A stretch of DNA of 63,483 nt, filler included, from Folioceros fuciformis (taxonomy: Eukaryota), in NCBI GenBank assembly GCA_049999805.1. It is 14 parts of 14 records of this genome, joined end to end, with 100 filler letters (N's around TTAATTAATTAA, not from the genome) between each part and the next. Parts side by side here need not be neighbours in the genome. Positions count along the whole stretch, not along the records: positions 16,770 to 27,438 come from JBNGIO010003622.1; positions 27,539 to 32,114 come from JBNGIO010003623.1; positions 32,215 to 34,375 come from JBNGIO010003624.1; positions 34,476 to 45,438 come from JBNGIO010003625.1; 10 more parts are not named here. The stretch is one strand, 5' to 3'. The notes under the pieces are model-generated. The model saw only the letters and a list, made by a program, of their open reading frames with translations, had not been told where the DNA came from and did not search any database. The position numbers and the translations under genes are program-made. Below are positions 26,601-39,300 of the stretch, piece after piece. Each line of letters begins with the position of its first letter. Within the stretch, counting starts at the first letter, position 1.

Positions 26601-27188
26601 AAAAAAAAAAAAGCTCCCAGTGACTGCTACAACCTCTGATCTTATAACGTCGAGATCCAAACGGAACCAGAGGATGAAACCGAGGCGTACCTAAATCAAC
26701 TAAAGCGCTGGCAATCTTCAGCTTATCGGCAAGGCTTAATGAGATTCCCACCATCTGCAAGCACACATGAACACTACAGGTGATCGCGCCGCTAACTCCA
26801 GGCAACATGAGAACATAAAAGGCGGCAGAAGGTCATCCACCTGAGCCCCATCTCGCAGCGTTGTATCATACATTGACACACGGGATCCTGTGGCAGCGCC
26901 GTCGGCAACCCGTGGCTCCACATCAATGAGTGCCTGAACATTGCAACATTACGAACATCCAACAGTCAGAATTTTCAGCGTTTCCTCATCCGCACGTGAT
27001 TCTCAGTACAGGCGCCGGCCCCGCCTTCCGGTCGACTCAGCAAGACTCCTGCACCCGATGGGACTGCAAGCAGGGGACATGATACATACCAGCTGCGACC
27101 TTGCCGAAATTGTCCTCAGTTGCGCCACTTCCGACAACGTTTTCGCATGGAGCTCACTAGAGAAACAAGGCAACATCTGAGCCTCCAT
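23680..27188 (-). CDS. cimA: Bacterial-type citramalate synthase (CimA; DRE-TIM/LeuA-related family), ~18 exons; start and last exon approximate
   Basis: Spliced translation: [210 protein letters not shown] and AFAHKGG distinguish CimA from plant IPMS, which has FAHESGIHQDG. Confidence 0.85.
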
Positions 27189-27538
27189 CGCGAGCAGCAC
27201 AAGCGGCGCAATGCTTCAAATTGACAATGCAGGTGCTTCCTGGAGCACAAGGCATGAGAGGAACAAGTGTAGGAGGGGTCATGATCCATTCTGAACCTGG
27301 ATCGCAGCGGAGGAATGAACAAGGAGCACCGTCGCAGCGGAGGAACAAGCGAGGAGGAGCGCAAGCTCCCCGCTACGCAGGGGCTACACGCAGACCTGTG
27401 TCGCCATGCATCACACGAAGGCGCTCGGCCAACAGAGGNNNNNNNNNNNNNNNNNNNNNNNNNNNNNNNNNNNNNNNNNNNNTTAATTAATTAANNNNNN
27501 NNNNNNNNNNNNNNNNNNNNNNNNNNNNNNNNNNNNNN

Positions 27539-29510
27539 TGGCCTCATTGATGTCCATGTAGTAGGGTGTATGGTATACAACAAGACTTTGACACCAAATC
27601 TCGTCATCGAGTTCAACAACATTCGAAACGATGGGAACTTAACAATATCAATTATTCAGTGCGTGATTCACGAGTACGAAGGCTTGTTTCCCGGAGCGCT
27701 ATATTTGCAGCTAGACAACGCAATACGGGAGAACAAAAATGCGTTGTTGTTTTCTTATTTGAAAATGTTAGTGGAAAAGCGGGTTTTCTCGAAGATACAA
27801 GTCGGATTCCTGCAAGTAGGGCACACGCATGACCAGGTTGATCATATGTTTTCCAGGTTTTCAACGGCACTCGGTCGGAAGGAAGCTTTGACNNNNNNNN
27901 NNNNNNNNNNNNNNNNNNNNNNNNNNNNNNNNNNNNNNNNNNNNNNNNNNNNNNNNNNNNNNNNNNNNNNNNNNNNNNNNNNNNNNNNNNNNAGCGCGTA
28001 TACCCCCATGCCAGACGTTCAAGAGGTGAACGAGGTTCCAGACTTCAGATAGTTTGTTTGGCCTATACCCTATGGGAAAGCAGGATATCAGAGTGTTGCA
28101 GCGGTTAATCAGTTGCATAACATATCATTTGAACACCAGTTTAAGATCACAAAAGAGAGTCGCGGAGATCATGGACCTGTTACAGTTATGAGAGGAAAAC
28201 AATATTCCATAGATCAATACTGGTCGCCTGATGAAGGGATAGAACTCCTGAAAGTAGTTCCAGAGAGGAATATGAAAGCCGCTCCACTGATGCATCTACA
28301 GGTGAGAAGTAGGAAACAAAAGAGTATTACGGACGATGTGGCAGGATATAATCTTTCGCAGATTCGATCAAGATTGGAGTTCAAATTACGCCAGCACTTA
28401 GGTCTGGGCGAAGACATCTGGTGGGATTCATTTTGGGCTGAGCAAGAGGCCATCGTTCAAATTATTAATTCGGGTGTAGAGCAAGACCTTGATTGGCCAT
28501 GGAGATGGTATAATCGCGACGAGGCAGAGTTGTTAAACACCTCGTTACTCGTGCCAGATGCTTTGCCAAATGCTTTGGTATCAGAAAACCCATAGATACG
28601 AGAAGTTACTAGAAGAGATATGTATGTGGGGCTGTATAGAAGAGACGCACATGTTCGGAACGATGTTGACAGCTTCAGTGGAGATGTATCAAAGATCGAA
28701 GCAGGGCACATGATTGTTGTCCCATGCGAGACAGACGTAGACAACAAGCCTTTTTGGATCGCCAAAGTGCTGGACACGCAGAAGGAAAATGACACTCAAA
28801 ATATCACAGTCCATTGATGGGTCACGAAATGTTCAAATGCATTTGAAGGCCGATATCAAGAGGAGATGAAAGTGCCGAATGAAGACCCTGTCATGGGTTC
28901 TAGACGAGGACGTAAGCGACGGCCAAGCAGAAGACTTCGGAAGCATATTGACACAATATCTGTCGCGAACACTTTTATTTTAGCGTATGGATTTGAGTTG
29001 ACTCGTCAAAAACAATTGCACGCTCGCACTCGAAACCTTATCAGAAAGAACTTGTACATGCTTAAGCGAGATGAAGAAAATCGTGCAGATGAACTTGATG
29101 ACTAGACTATACCGGTTAAGTACTTTCATGTATACCACACTTCATATATATGAACACTGTTTGCAAAGAGTTGTGGTTGGCTATTCATAAGCACCCTTGT
29201 GGGGGTGCTCATAGAGAGCGGCTACCTCGGCCTAACTGTGCGCTGGCCTAACCCTAACTCATTTTGAATAGTTGTGGTGCACTTTCCCTAGACCCAATCT
29301 GGGTGTTCACCAGCTACTAATCGTTTGATTGGAAGGAGTGCGCCGGTCTACCGGCGCACTTAAGCAAGGAGTGTGCCGGTAGACCGGCACACTTCTCCTG
29401 TCTTCGCGCCGGTAGACCGGCACACTTCTCCTGTCTTCGCGCCGGTAGACTGGCACACTTCTCCTGTCTTCATGCTGGTAGACAGGCGCACTCCTACCGG
29501 CCAGGGTTAA
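27539..29510 (+). mobile_element. Decayed DNA transposon: DDD-type (possibly Sola-like) transposase ORF to 29105 with three in-frame stops, subterminal repeats and a putative right end ...GGG|TTAA
   Basis: Motif LYLQLDNAIRENKN...FLQVGHTHDQVDHMFSRFS. ORFs at 27570, 28113, 28620 and 28866 share one frame and are split by single TAG/TAG/TGA codons. A ~33-bp palindromic repeat array lies at 29335-29500. Confidence 0.7.
29335..29500. repeat. ~33-bp tandem repeats built on the palindromic core gccggtagaccggc, including a 10-bp-stem hairpin at 29337-29360
   Basis: agtgcgccgg-tcta-ccggcgcact, then repeated gccggtagaccggcacacttctcctgtcttc. Confidence 0.85.
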
Positions 29511-29849
29511 ATGAGCGTTATTGAAAAAGCTTTAACATTTGATAGTTTCAAGTAATTCCGATTTCAAAAAATATCATTCCGTCTACTTGCAGGCGGTAGT
29601 GTCAGACCAATCGTGGAGTTGGATAAGATCAAAAAGGTTTACCATTGGTAACCCGCAATTTCAGCTAGTTTCTGGGGAAACATGACAAATGGAAAGTTTG
29701 GCATGACCGTTTTTCTGTAGATTTGGGGGTAATCCACACCAAATAGCATGATTTCTGGATATGTGCTATGGAAAATGACGCAGAAAATGACCCGAAACCC
29801 GATTTGGCGGAATACGACCGTTAGGCGCAGACCTTGTTACTTCTACACC

Positions 29850-31508
29850 TGCAGAATGGGACACACCACCGCTAACGTACAGTTCATTCCTGGTACAAAG
29901 TGACAGCACCCTAGACAGTCTAGGGGAGCCTCTATTGTATAAAGAAGCTATAAGCTGCTCAGAAGCAGCTAAGTGGAGAGAAGCCATCGATTCTGAATAT
30001 CAGTCCTTGATTGATAATGGCACTTGAGAACTGGTAGACTTACCGAAAGATAGAAAGGCAGTAACCTGCAAGTGGGTTTTTAAGAAGAAACTTGCTGTAG
30101 ATGGAAGTGTGGCACGTTTTAAGGCAAGGCTCGTTGTGAGAGGCTATAGTCAGGCCGAAGGACTTGACTATATTGAAACATTTTCCCCAGTAGTGAGAGT
30201 CACCTCGGTACGTACACTCTTTGCTATTGCAGCCCAGCGGAACTTTGCCATGGAACACATGGATGTAAAAACCGCGTTCTTGAATGGAAACCTGGAAGAA
30301 ACGATTTACATGAGACAGCCCGAGGGTTTCCAGGATACAGCGCATCCTAACAAAGTCTGCAGGCTAATAAAAACAATCTATGGCCTAAAGCAGTCGCCTC
30401 GAGCTTGGTACAATCGAATTGATACGTACCTTAAAAGGTCTAGCTTCCATTAAAGTGAAGCCGATTCAAATGTTTACAAGCTGGAAGACAAGGATGGTAT
30501 CGTGTACTTAGCCCAGTACGTGGACGATGCAGTTATTATATCCAGCAACCCAAAATCGATGGCCAAGGTGAAATCGATACTTACCTCTGAATTCTCCATG
30601 TCGGATCTGGGAAAACTTATCTGGTTCCTTGGCATTGAGATTCAGCAAGACCTTGCAGCACATGCTGTGATGATTCACCAAGCACAATATGTCAGTCAAA
30701 TACTTGCAAGGTTCAGAATGTCAGACTGCAAGCCAGCACTTACCCCAATGGCTGTGGGAGAAAACTGAGTACGGAACAGTCTCCTAAGAATGAGGACAAA
30801 CGCTTGCAAATGGAGAAGGTACCCTATCGATCAGCAGTCTGCTCCTTAATTTACTGCAGGAACTGGACACGTCCAGACCTATCACATGCAGTGGGAGTAA
30901 CGGCGCAATTCCTGATCTGCTATGGCACATCACATTGGACAGCAGTTCAAAGGGTTATGTGGTATTTGAAAGGCACACCTAAGCTGGGGCTACTTTACAA
31001 GAAGCGTCCTGAAAACCTCCTACTGACTTGTTTTTCTTATGCTAACTAGGTGTCGAATTCTGACACTTGGAAGTCCACATCAACCAACTGTCTACTGCTG
31101 GGAGCGAATGAATATGATGCCACGGTGATATCATGGTACATTAAAAAGCAGCAAGTGGTTGCTCTGTCCTCCACTGAGGCTGAGTATGCTGCTACAGCCA
31201 CTCCTTCTCAGCATATTGTGTATGCAAGGGAGCTCCTCTCCTCCCTTGGTGAAACTCAGTATGCATCAACCCTGCTCTTGTGTGACAATCCGTCAGCAAT
31301 AGCGTTAGCACAGAACCCAGTGATGCATGCCCGCACAAAGCATATTGAAATAAAACACCATTTTATACGTCAGGTGGTTAGAAATGGGCAGGCTAACCTG
31401 CAATACGTCCCGACAAATGACAATGTGTCTGACATCCTCACTAAACCACTAGCTAAAGACAAGCATGATAGATTCTGCAAGGCCATGGGCCTGACTGTGG
31501 GTTCCTAA
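29850..31508 (+). mobile_element. Decayed Ty1/copia RT-RNase H
   Basis: ARFKARLVVRGYSQAEGLDYIETFSPVV, HMDVKTAFLNGNLEETIYMRQPEGF, YGLKQSPRAW, YVDD, VALSSTEAEYAA, CDNPSAIALAQNPVMHARTKHIEIKHHFIR, SDILTKPL. Several premature stops and a frameshift. Confidence 0.95.
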
Positions 31509-33525
31509 GCTAACAAAACCTTCCCACAAGCAGCATAGCACAAGCACAATAACTCGTGTAGGTCTTCAGGGCTTCAGCTACTTCTGAATTGGCGCCTCGG
31601 CATGATGGTAGAACATCTGTACCACGGCTCTGCGTACAAGTCAGGAAGTCTGTGAGCATGGAAAGCATCTGCAGTGGGAGCACAAGCCAGCAGAAGACAG
31701 CTTCACAACCTGTGCGCACAACAAGCATCGCCCTCGACGGCGTAGATCAGCTACCAGCATCACCAAAGTCATGGCCAGGAGCAGGCACAACATGACCAGG
31801 AATTCCTTTGAGCGTGACATCGCAGCTGACCAACTTAAGTAACTTGCGCGAGGACTGAAGAAAACCTTGAATGTCATGAAAACATGCTTGCCTAAGTGGG
31901 AGTAGAGGAATACCTAACATGCTAGGGTTAGCTATTAAATAGTCAGGCATTTATTTTAAATTATTAAGTAAGCAAACGGTCGTAGGTATGAAACGCCGTA
32001 GCGTTTCATACAGTCGTGGCCAATGACGGTTAGGTTCACACCTTCGTGAACAACCGCAACACTTCACGCGCGCGACCCAAAAGGGTCTCACGGCCACAAA
32101 TTTAATTCATTCTTNNNNNNNNNNNNNNNNNNNNNNNNNNNNNNNNNNNNNNNNNNNNTTAATTAATTAANNNNNNNNNNNNNNNNNNNNNNNNNNNNNN
32201 NNNNNNNNNNNNNNGGACCTTACACTTAGCTGTATTAGCACCACGTGACACTCCCACCTCCTTTTGGCGAAAGTCTCTCGGGCTGTAAAAACATCCATAC
32301 CTGCAAGCCAGCCTCACAATGTTAATGCCTCCCTAAGTAATAAAACAATTTGCATACTTCAAACCTTCTTACCTAACATATGATGCAGCTGTATGCACTG
32401 TCGGTATTGCAGGGCGAGGTAAACTCCCCAACCTCTTAGAATCCTTCTTGTAGAAGTTTGTAGGATGAGAACTTATAGCACTCTTTTCCCCGATAAAGTC
32501 TCCCACTCTAGAAAAGAGTATGTGAGCCACCTTCACATGTTTTTGCTGCCTTGGTGCCCTGGAATGGTCATATTGAGAAGAAACCAAGTTTAGGTCAGTA
32601 AGGTTAAATAACCCTAATTTAGGAAGCTGCACCACAAAAAGTGTGTTAGTTGGTAACTCTTCTAAATTAATACAAGAACTCAAATCCATATTAGTGTCCG
32701 TAAATCATATTCTCCTATTCCAAAGAGAAAAAAAGAACCCTAACCCTAATCTCAACATTTAACCAAAATCCCTATCTCTAATCGCAAAAGCGCTTGAAAG
32801 CAAAGATTGAAGATGCCGCTCTAAACTCGCATCTCATGCTATGCAAATGACGGGAGTTCACATACTATAAGCTTGTGAGCTAGGGTGCACTTGGAGCCTT
32901 AAACAAGTATTACTAGTAACGTGGAAGCGTGTAGGGACGAGTGACTTTCTCATGTCCATGTTGGTGGTATGTAGCGCATGGGCATCAAAGCTTTTGGCCA
33001 CCTGTTCGGATTATGCATGACTCACCATAGCATGGTGATGGGCATACTGAGGTACATGTCGTGGCATACAAAGGACATATAGAGGTACATGTCGTGGCCG
33101 GCCATGGAGGGCCGTGCGGACACACGTGCCGGATAATGGCCATCGGATATCCATTTGCAAGTAGAAGTGTATAAAGTAAAAAAATGTTTTTTAATTTGGT
33201 TTAGTATTTATTATTTGTTTATGTGTCATTTTCCATTATTTTTTCTTATTTCATGATGGTCTTAAGCCCCGGAAATCCTACCTTGCTTAGCAATTGCTTT
33301 TACACTTTCATATGGCTTGGGAAAAGGAGCATGTTACCCTACCCTTAAATTGCAATAGGTTTTGATAGTTCTTGCATTTATTATGAAGGCTTTTAATCTA
33401 ACATATGTTGGCTATGTGTTGGCCTTCCAAGCACGCTCTGCTTGTTAACGTTAAATGCGCTAAGACATCTTCACGCACAAAAGGCGTCTAAAATCACATA
33501 TTTGGATATATGTTTNNNNNNNNNN

Positions 33526-34375
33526 CCAAGAAGTAAGAAGAAATTATCTTTGATACTAGGGCAAAAGAAAGAAACAATATTATACAAAGATGCTTATAGT
33601 AGAGCTACTAATCAAAAGGTTAGTATTTGGGCTTCTCATCAATTCAGCATGCTAGTTTTTGTTATGACCATAGGTCGAATTTTCAAAAAGGAAGATGGGT
33701 TTCGAAACGTAAAAGATTATGAAGCTAATTCTAAACAAAGTAACGATATGTTTCATCCCAAGGTTGAGAAGGCTTTGTTTTCATGGTCTGTGACGATGGA
33801 AGGAAATGTCACTATCTCTAACGTTATGTTGTGTGAAATGGGAAAATAGTTCTTTGATAAATTACCATAAGCTAAAAGGTTGGACCATGATATTTTCTCA
33901 TGGTTGGGTGGCAAAGTTTAAACATCAACGTGGCATCAAGGGTTGTGTGAAGCATGAAAAAGGTGTAAGTGCTGACACGTTGCAAGTGGTCTAAGATAGA
34001 ATGGAAGTCATTAAAAGTATTATGCGAGGATATGAGTCTCAAGATATTTTTGACATGGATGAAACAAGGTTGTTCTATAGGTTGGAACCAAACAAAACAT
34101 TGACAATGAAGAGGCTGAGTGGGAAGAAAACTCCAAAGGAAAGGCTAGATGTTGCTTTGACAGCCAATATGGTTGGTAGTTATAAATTACCACCCTTTGT
34201 GATCAACAAACTCTTAAGGCTATGAGCTTTTACTAGTCGCAACATTGGACGAGTGAAGAACTTGGGTATTCATTGGTCAGCAAACTCAAATGCTTGGATG
34301 TCAATACCTTAATTTAAGCAACTTATTCTCTTTTTTGATGCGAACATGAGAGTTAGGGGCCGTACTAATGTCTTG
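33526..34375 (+). mobile_element. pogo/Tigger-type transposase pseudogene (CENP-B-like HTH + DDE_1), truncated
   Basis: HPKVEKALFSW, FSHGWVAKFKHQRGI, IFDMDETRLFYRLEPNKTL..GKKTPKERLDVALTANMVGSYKLPPFVINK, ANSNAWM. Contains stops and frameshifts. Confidence 0.85.
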
Positions 34376-35194
34376 NNNNNNNNNNNNNNNNNNNNNNNNN
34401 NNNNNNNNNNNNNNNNNNNTTAATTAATTAANNNNNNNNNNNNNNNNNNNNNNNNNNNNNNNNNNNNNNNNNNNNGAGTAGAATAGTTTGTGTATTGTTA
34501 GTTTTACTTAAATTTGCTCATAAATATTAGAACTTAAATTGGCCAAAAGCCAATAAAGGTCCAAATAGTCCTTTTCTGGTAAGGAAAGACTGTCTTTCAA
34601 GGTTTGTTAACTACTAAGGCCTTGTTTTCATTAAATGAAGCCAATCATGATAACTCCCGTCATAGATTCTGTTGCTGAATAATTCAAAAGTATATATAAA
34701 AATGATAAGGTGAGTATGGGGAGTAGAAAGCTTTCCTCGTTCATTGAAAACTTAAAAAAAAGTCATGGAGTGTACGAGGGTTTTGTAATATTTGACTATT
34801 ATGAAAGTGAACTAAGTTCTAACAAATATGCTTTAGCTGTTGTTGATGCATTGAATAAGAAGTTTCTTGATCNNNNNNNNNNNNNNNNNNNNNNNNNNNN
34901 NNNNNNNNNNNNNNNNNNNNNNNNNNNNNNNNNNNNNNNNNNNNNNNNNNNNNNNNNNNNNNNNNNNNNNNNTGCATGCTTGTTGTCTATTTAACCTTAA
35001 ATTTAATGCTAAAATACAAATAAGCGTATATAGTTAGTTGATAGTTTGTTAGAGGTATTTGTTAGAAAAGTGTGAAATTCACTTTGAATGTAAATATTAA
35101 TATTAAACTATAAAAATATTTTAAAACCAGTAAATAATTTTTGAGAATGATGCTAGAGAATGAATGGGGTACTAGTTTTTGAGAATGATGCAAG

Positions 35195-35298
35195 GGCTAG
35201 TACTAGCCCCTTTTGGCTCTGGGTTGTATTGAAGCTAGTACCCTTTTGGCCCTGGGTTGTATTGAAGCTAGTACCCTTTTGGCCCTGGGTTGTATTGA
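35195..35298. repeat. 33-bp tandem repeat x3 (gctagtacccttttggccctgggttgtattgaa)
   Basis: Directly visible. Confidence 0.85.
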
Positions 35299-36325
35299 AA
35301 ATAATCTCTCTCGGTCAAAATGACAGCCCGACTAGGAGCAAGCCCCTAATGAAGCCACACTCGCAGAACCGGCTCATACCCAAGTGTGGGGTAACGAAAT
35401 CCGGTTATTTGCCAGTCCCTAGTACGGAGTAAGGAACCCTGCTCGATGTGCAAACCAGCCCGGGCTCGGTTTCAAGTACAGTTCTCTCATACAGGGTGAG
35501 GAGGACGGGAATGGCCCATTCCTCGATAGATGTACAAAGACACACTTGAACGAAAATTTTAATCCCAATCTGAGGGAAGAAAAGTCCAGCTTCTGGCAAG
35601 ATGTTTTAAATTAAAGTGCTAATCTCGAATACATGCTCCACTCCCTAGTCCTGATATTGCACACGAGAAATATCTACACAGCCATTCTCAATCCTTTGAG
35701 AGGAAGCGCACTAGCACCATCGTTGTTAACAACCTTCCACACCTGCAGGGATTTGACTTCTTTAGTCTTCAGCTCAAGACAACTCTTCTGACAAGATTGG
35801 CCACTGTGAGGTTTCTGCTGGCAGTTGCTAGCTGAACTCTTGCTTTCAATCAAATCCATATTTCAAGTAAGTTGTCAATGTAATAGCCGTACCCACAGAC
35901 ATACTTTTGGTGACAAAGGCGCCTTAGAGTGCAAAACCTGCAACTTTGGTTCTCCATTGATGCACGAGTGCCGAGGCCTGCTGCAGGTGAGGGATCATGA
36001 TAAATCTCAGGTTTACTGCAGACTTTGGCCTGGATCGCAGGACGCTTCGGCAATTCCAGATTCGCTGTACTCAGACTTCTATTCCACTCCAGCTTTTGCT
36101 TACTGCATCATCCGGTTCGCAGTGTCTTCATTTTCTTTCTCCACATAGTTCCTTGAGCCAGGTTGAACGTCTGGTGGTCGGAATACTGATAAAGCTCAAG
36201 CGCATCAAACGGCAAAATGCCAATGGCTTTGAAGGCCCCTCCATCTCCCTCCTTCCATTCTCCCACACCCTTCTGCCTCTCCTTCTACAGGTGATAAGGA
36301 CGAGCACCGTCCAAGGACGTTAGGA

Positions 36326-39300
36326 CTACAGGCTGCCCACCTTCAACTTCTGCAACATTTCAAATGCTGCGGAATGCTCCGCCTTTTTCTTATCCGACAT
36401 TTCTGTCCCTATGCAAACGGTTGGCCCACAGCCAGGCACATCCACAGTGACGGAGCATTGGAATCTGCGAGTTAGTACAGAGACGTCAGGTTTCTTCAAG
36501 GCCATCAAGAGCAGACCGAGGCAGGCCCCCGTACCTTCTAAGGTGCGCAGGGCCTGCCTCCTGGAAGACCGCGAAGGACGGGTCCCGCCACTTCTTTTTG
36601 GCACATAGCTCATGGAGAGTAGACTTCGCCCGCCTCGAGTCCAAACTAGTTGTTAGAAGTATATCACCTGCAAACAATGCAAGCTATCAAAACCATGAAT
36701 AGCCCCGAAATTGTCAACTTCGTTCTTAACTCACTCGAAGATTATAGATCCACTGGGTCAGGCATCCAGACCTGCACTGGTCGTACTGACGTCAGCATGG
36801 GTCTGCACTGGCTGATAAACATCTGCGAACAGCGTCATCCTCTTCTTGGCCATACCGCAAGCAGAACCTGTACCGTCTCCAAAATCAAGTTTCCTCTTCA
36901 TAATAGGTGCATGATTTCCATCTAATTGAAGGTCCTTGTCAATGGACACCCATTCATCAACATTCGTGTCCCCCTCCTCACAACGTATCTCAACTGGGAT
37001 CATAGTTTCGTCTGAAGTCAAAAGCTCTTGATTCAGAGATACTAGCAATTCTGTGAGCCTATGAGATGAACCGGAATCAGCTGGAGGGCATCGCTCTCCT
37101 GCACTCTCTTCTGACAATGAATCTGAAGGGAACGGGAAGTCCTCCGGATTGGAAACCTTTTCTGTTCGATGCCTATATTTCTGCTTTAAGCAAACAATAT
37201 TGTTAAAGATCCGTACATCTCGCGACTGAAAACAAGAAACGAGGAGGAATGCGAAACATCCCACCTGCAACTTTCGCAGAAGTTTCTGTGAGACATCCTT
37301 GCGAGCAGCCTTTCTACTCGTAGTCGTGGATGAAGCTGTGAGTGACCTTTCGCCATCAGAAATTTTCACTGACGCGGTGAACATGTCCTCATGGCCACCT
37401 ACTTCTGTGTGCACGGAGAATCCTTGGGTCTGACACAGCTGTAGTAACTCCCTAACAGGATGAACAGTGAGAGTTGCTGGTGTTACAAGCGGACAGAGCA
37501 ACTTTTCCATCACATCCCATGTTCTGTCCAGATCAAATCCAGTGTCGAGAGCTATTGCCCCAGCTATACTTTCCACCATGTCTCCAAGGACCTACCATGA
37601 ACAAGAGATCAGTATGTCGACATTAAAAGTACTGCTTCAAGACTTAGCAGCTAGGGGAAGGATACCTTAGGTCCACTCTCCTTTTCCCATCCACATACAC
37701 GCTCTTTAGTATGAGAACCTTCTTGATCTACACTCCATACAAATTGCCCTATCTGGCTTAAAAGTGCTCTTGACGAATGCCGAAGGTGATGCTGCAGGTT
37801 ATGTTTGACAGCAACTCGAGCGAAACAGCCATTGTTCACAGCAGCTGCTCGAAGGTCTGTCAGCTGCCCGGGAGCCAGATCCGGGTAAGATGTGAAAAGC
37901 TGCTTTGTTATCACAAAATCTAGTACTGCATCTCCTAGGAACTCCAGCCGCTTCAGATTGTCCAAAAAGCCACCACAACCCCAGATCAGTGCAACCCAAG
38001 ATCAGTCAGACCAGAAGTTGCAGCACAAAGTGATTACAGTCATCAATCCACTCCACGTTGGTTGCTGACCTGATAGCAGCGGCTGTTCACTCCATCTTGC
38101 TGTGATGCATGAGTTATGGCCTCCACCAGGAGTGCTTTGTTGTTGAAAGTGTACCCGAGGCGAGCCTCCAAAGGACCTAAGTCAGCACTTTCAAGCACTT
38201 CTGGTGTCACTGATGCTTGCTTCTGCAGCCGACCTACTAGGCAGTTCTCGTATTCGACTTCAATTCCAACCCACCTCATGAAACGCAATGCAGCAGTTTC
38301 ACCACCGTACAAATAATATGCCCCAATCAACGACTCCACAACATCTGCCATGGTCTTGAGACACAGCCACCGATGACCATCAACACAGCTTTTACCAACT
38401 TTCCTAAACGATTTCAGGCCACCACGCTGGGAAGCACAACAAGAGTCAGCCGAAGACTTCACTCCAGTCTCAGGGACGTGAAGCTCCGCAAGGTCACAAT
38501 AGCAGACCTCCTCCAATTTTCTTCTCATGCCAGGAGCGAGCCATCGCTTTGGGTCAAAAACCTCATCCCGGATATAAGCCTGCAAAATGATATCCTCGTA
38601 TGATTGATATGAAAAGATGGGTGTCCAAAACCATTTGGACAGCAGGAGTTTGCAATAAAGTCTTACAGGTAATTGACGTGCGATAGCAAGCTTATACAAG
38701 TTGTTGTTGGAAATGGCTCGACTTCGTCTGGCTGAAAGCTGCCCTTCGTGCTTACTTTGAAATACCAAGAACAAATATCGGCTGACGGCATACTTCAGAT
38801 AAGAATCACCCAACAGCTCCAACCTTTCAAGCGATGAGTCTTCAAGACACCTGGAGGTTGTAAGAGCCTCCACAATCTGCAGAGGCACAGGAACTTACGT
38901 CAGGCAATATTGCACTTAATCTACCTGCTCATCTTTTGGTTAGTACATTCACGCACCCGTGCTAGTGGAATGCCCGGGCAATCCGAGATGGCTGAAGAAA
39001 TGGTCCTTCTCAAGTGGCTAGCCTTCAAGAGTGCCTCAAGATAATGCATTACTGAGGGGATTAAGTATGATGTATGGAAAATTGAGAGTGGCAGCCCTGT
39101 AGATATGCACAGCTCAGGAGCGATATTTGCAAATCTACGCTCCTTCTTCCCCACCTTCCTCACGTCAACTGCCCACAACATGCAGGTGTTTGTAACAATC
39201 AGCTTGATAACATATAACAGCAGAATCCTTTGCATGAATAGACAGCCCTCAGCACAGACCTAGTTGCTCTGAACGTGTGAGCAGATTTCGTACGCGGTGC

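Noticed and set aside
27539-29105. In-frame stops as recoding or U-to-C-repaired codons
   Set aside because: This is a nuclear transposon; U-to-C editing is organellar, and ordinary methyl-C transitions explain the stops.
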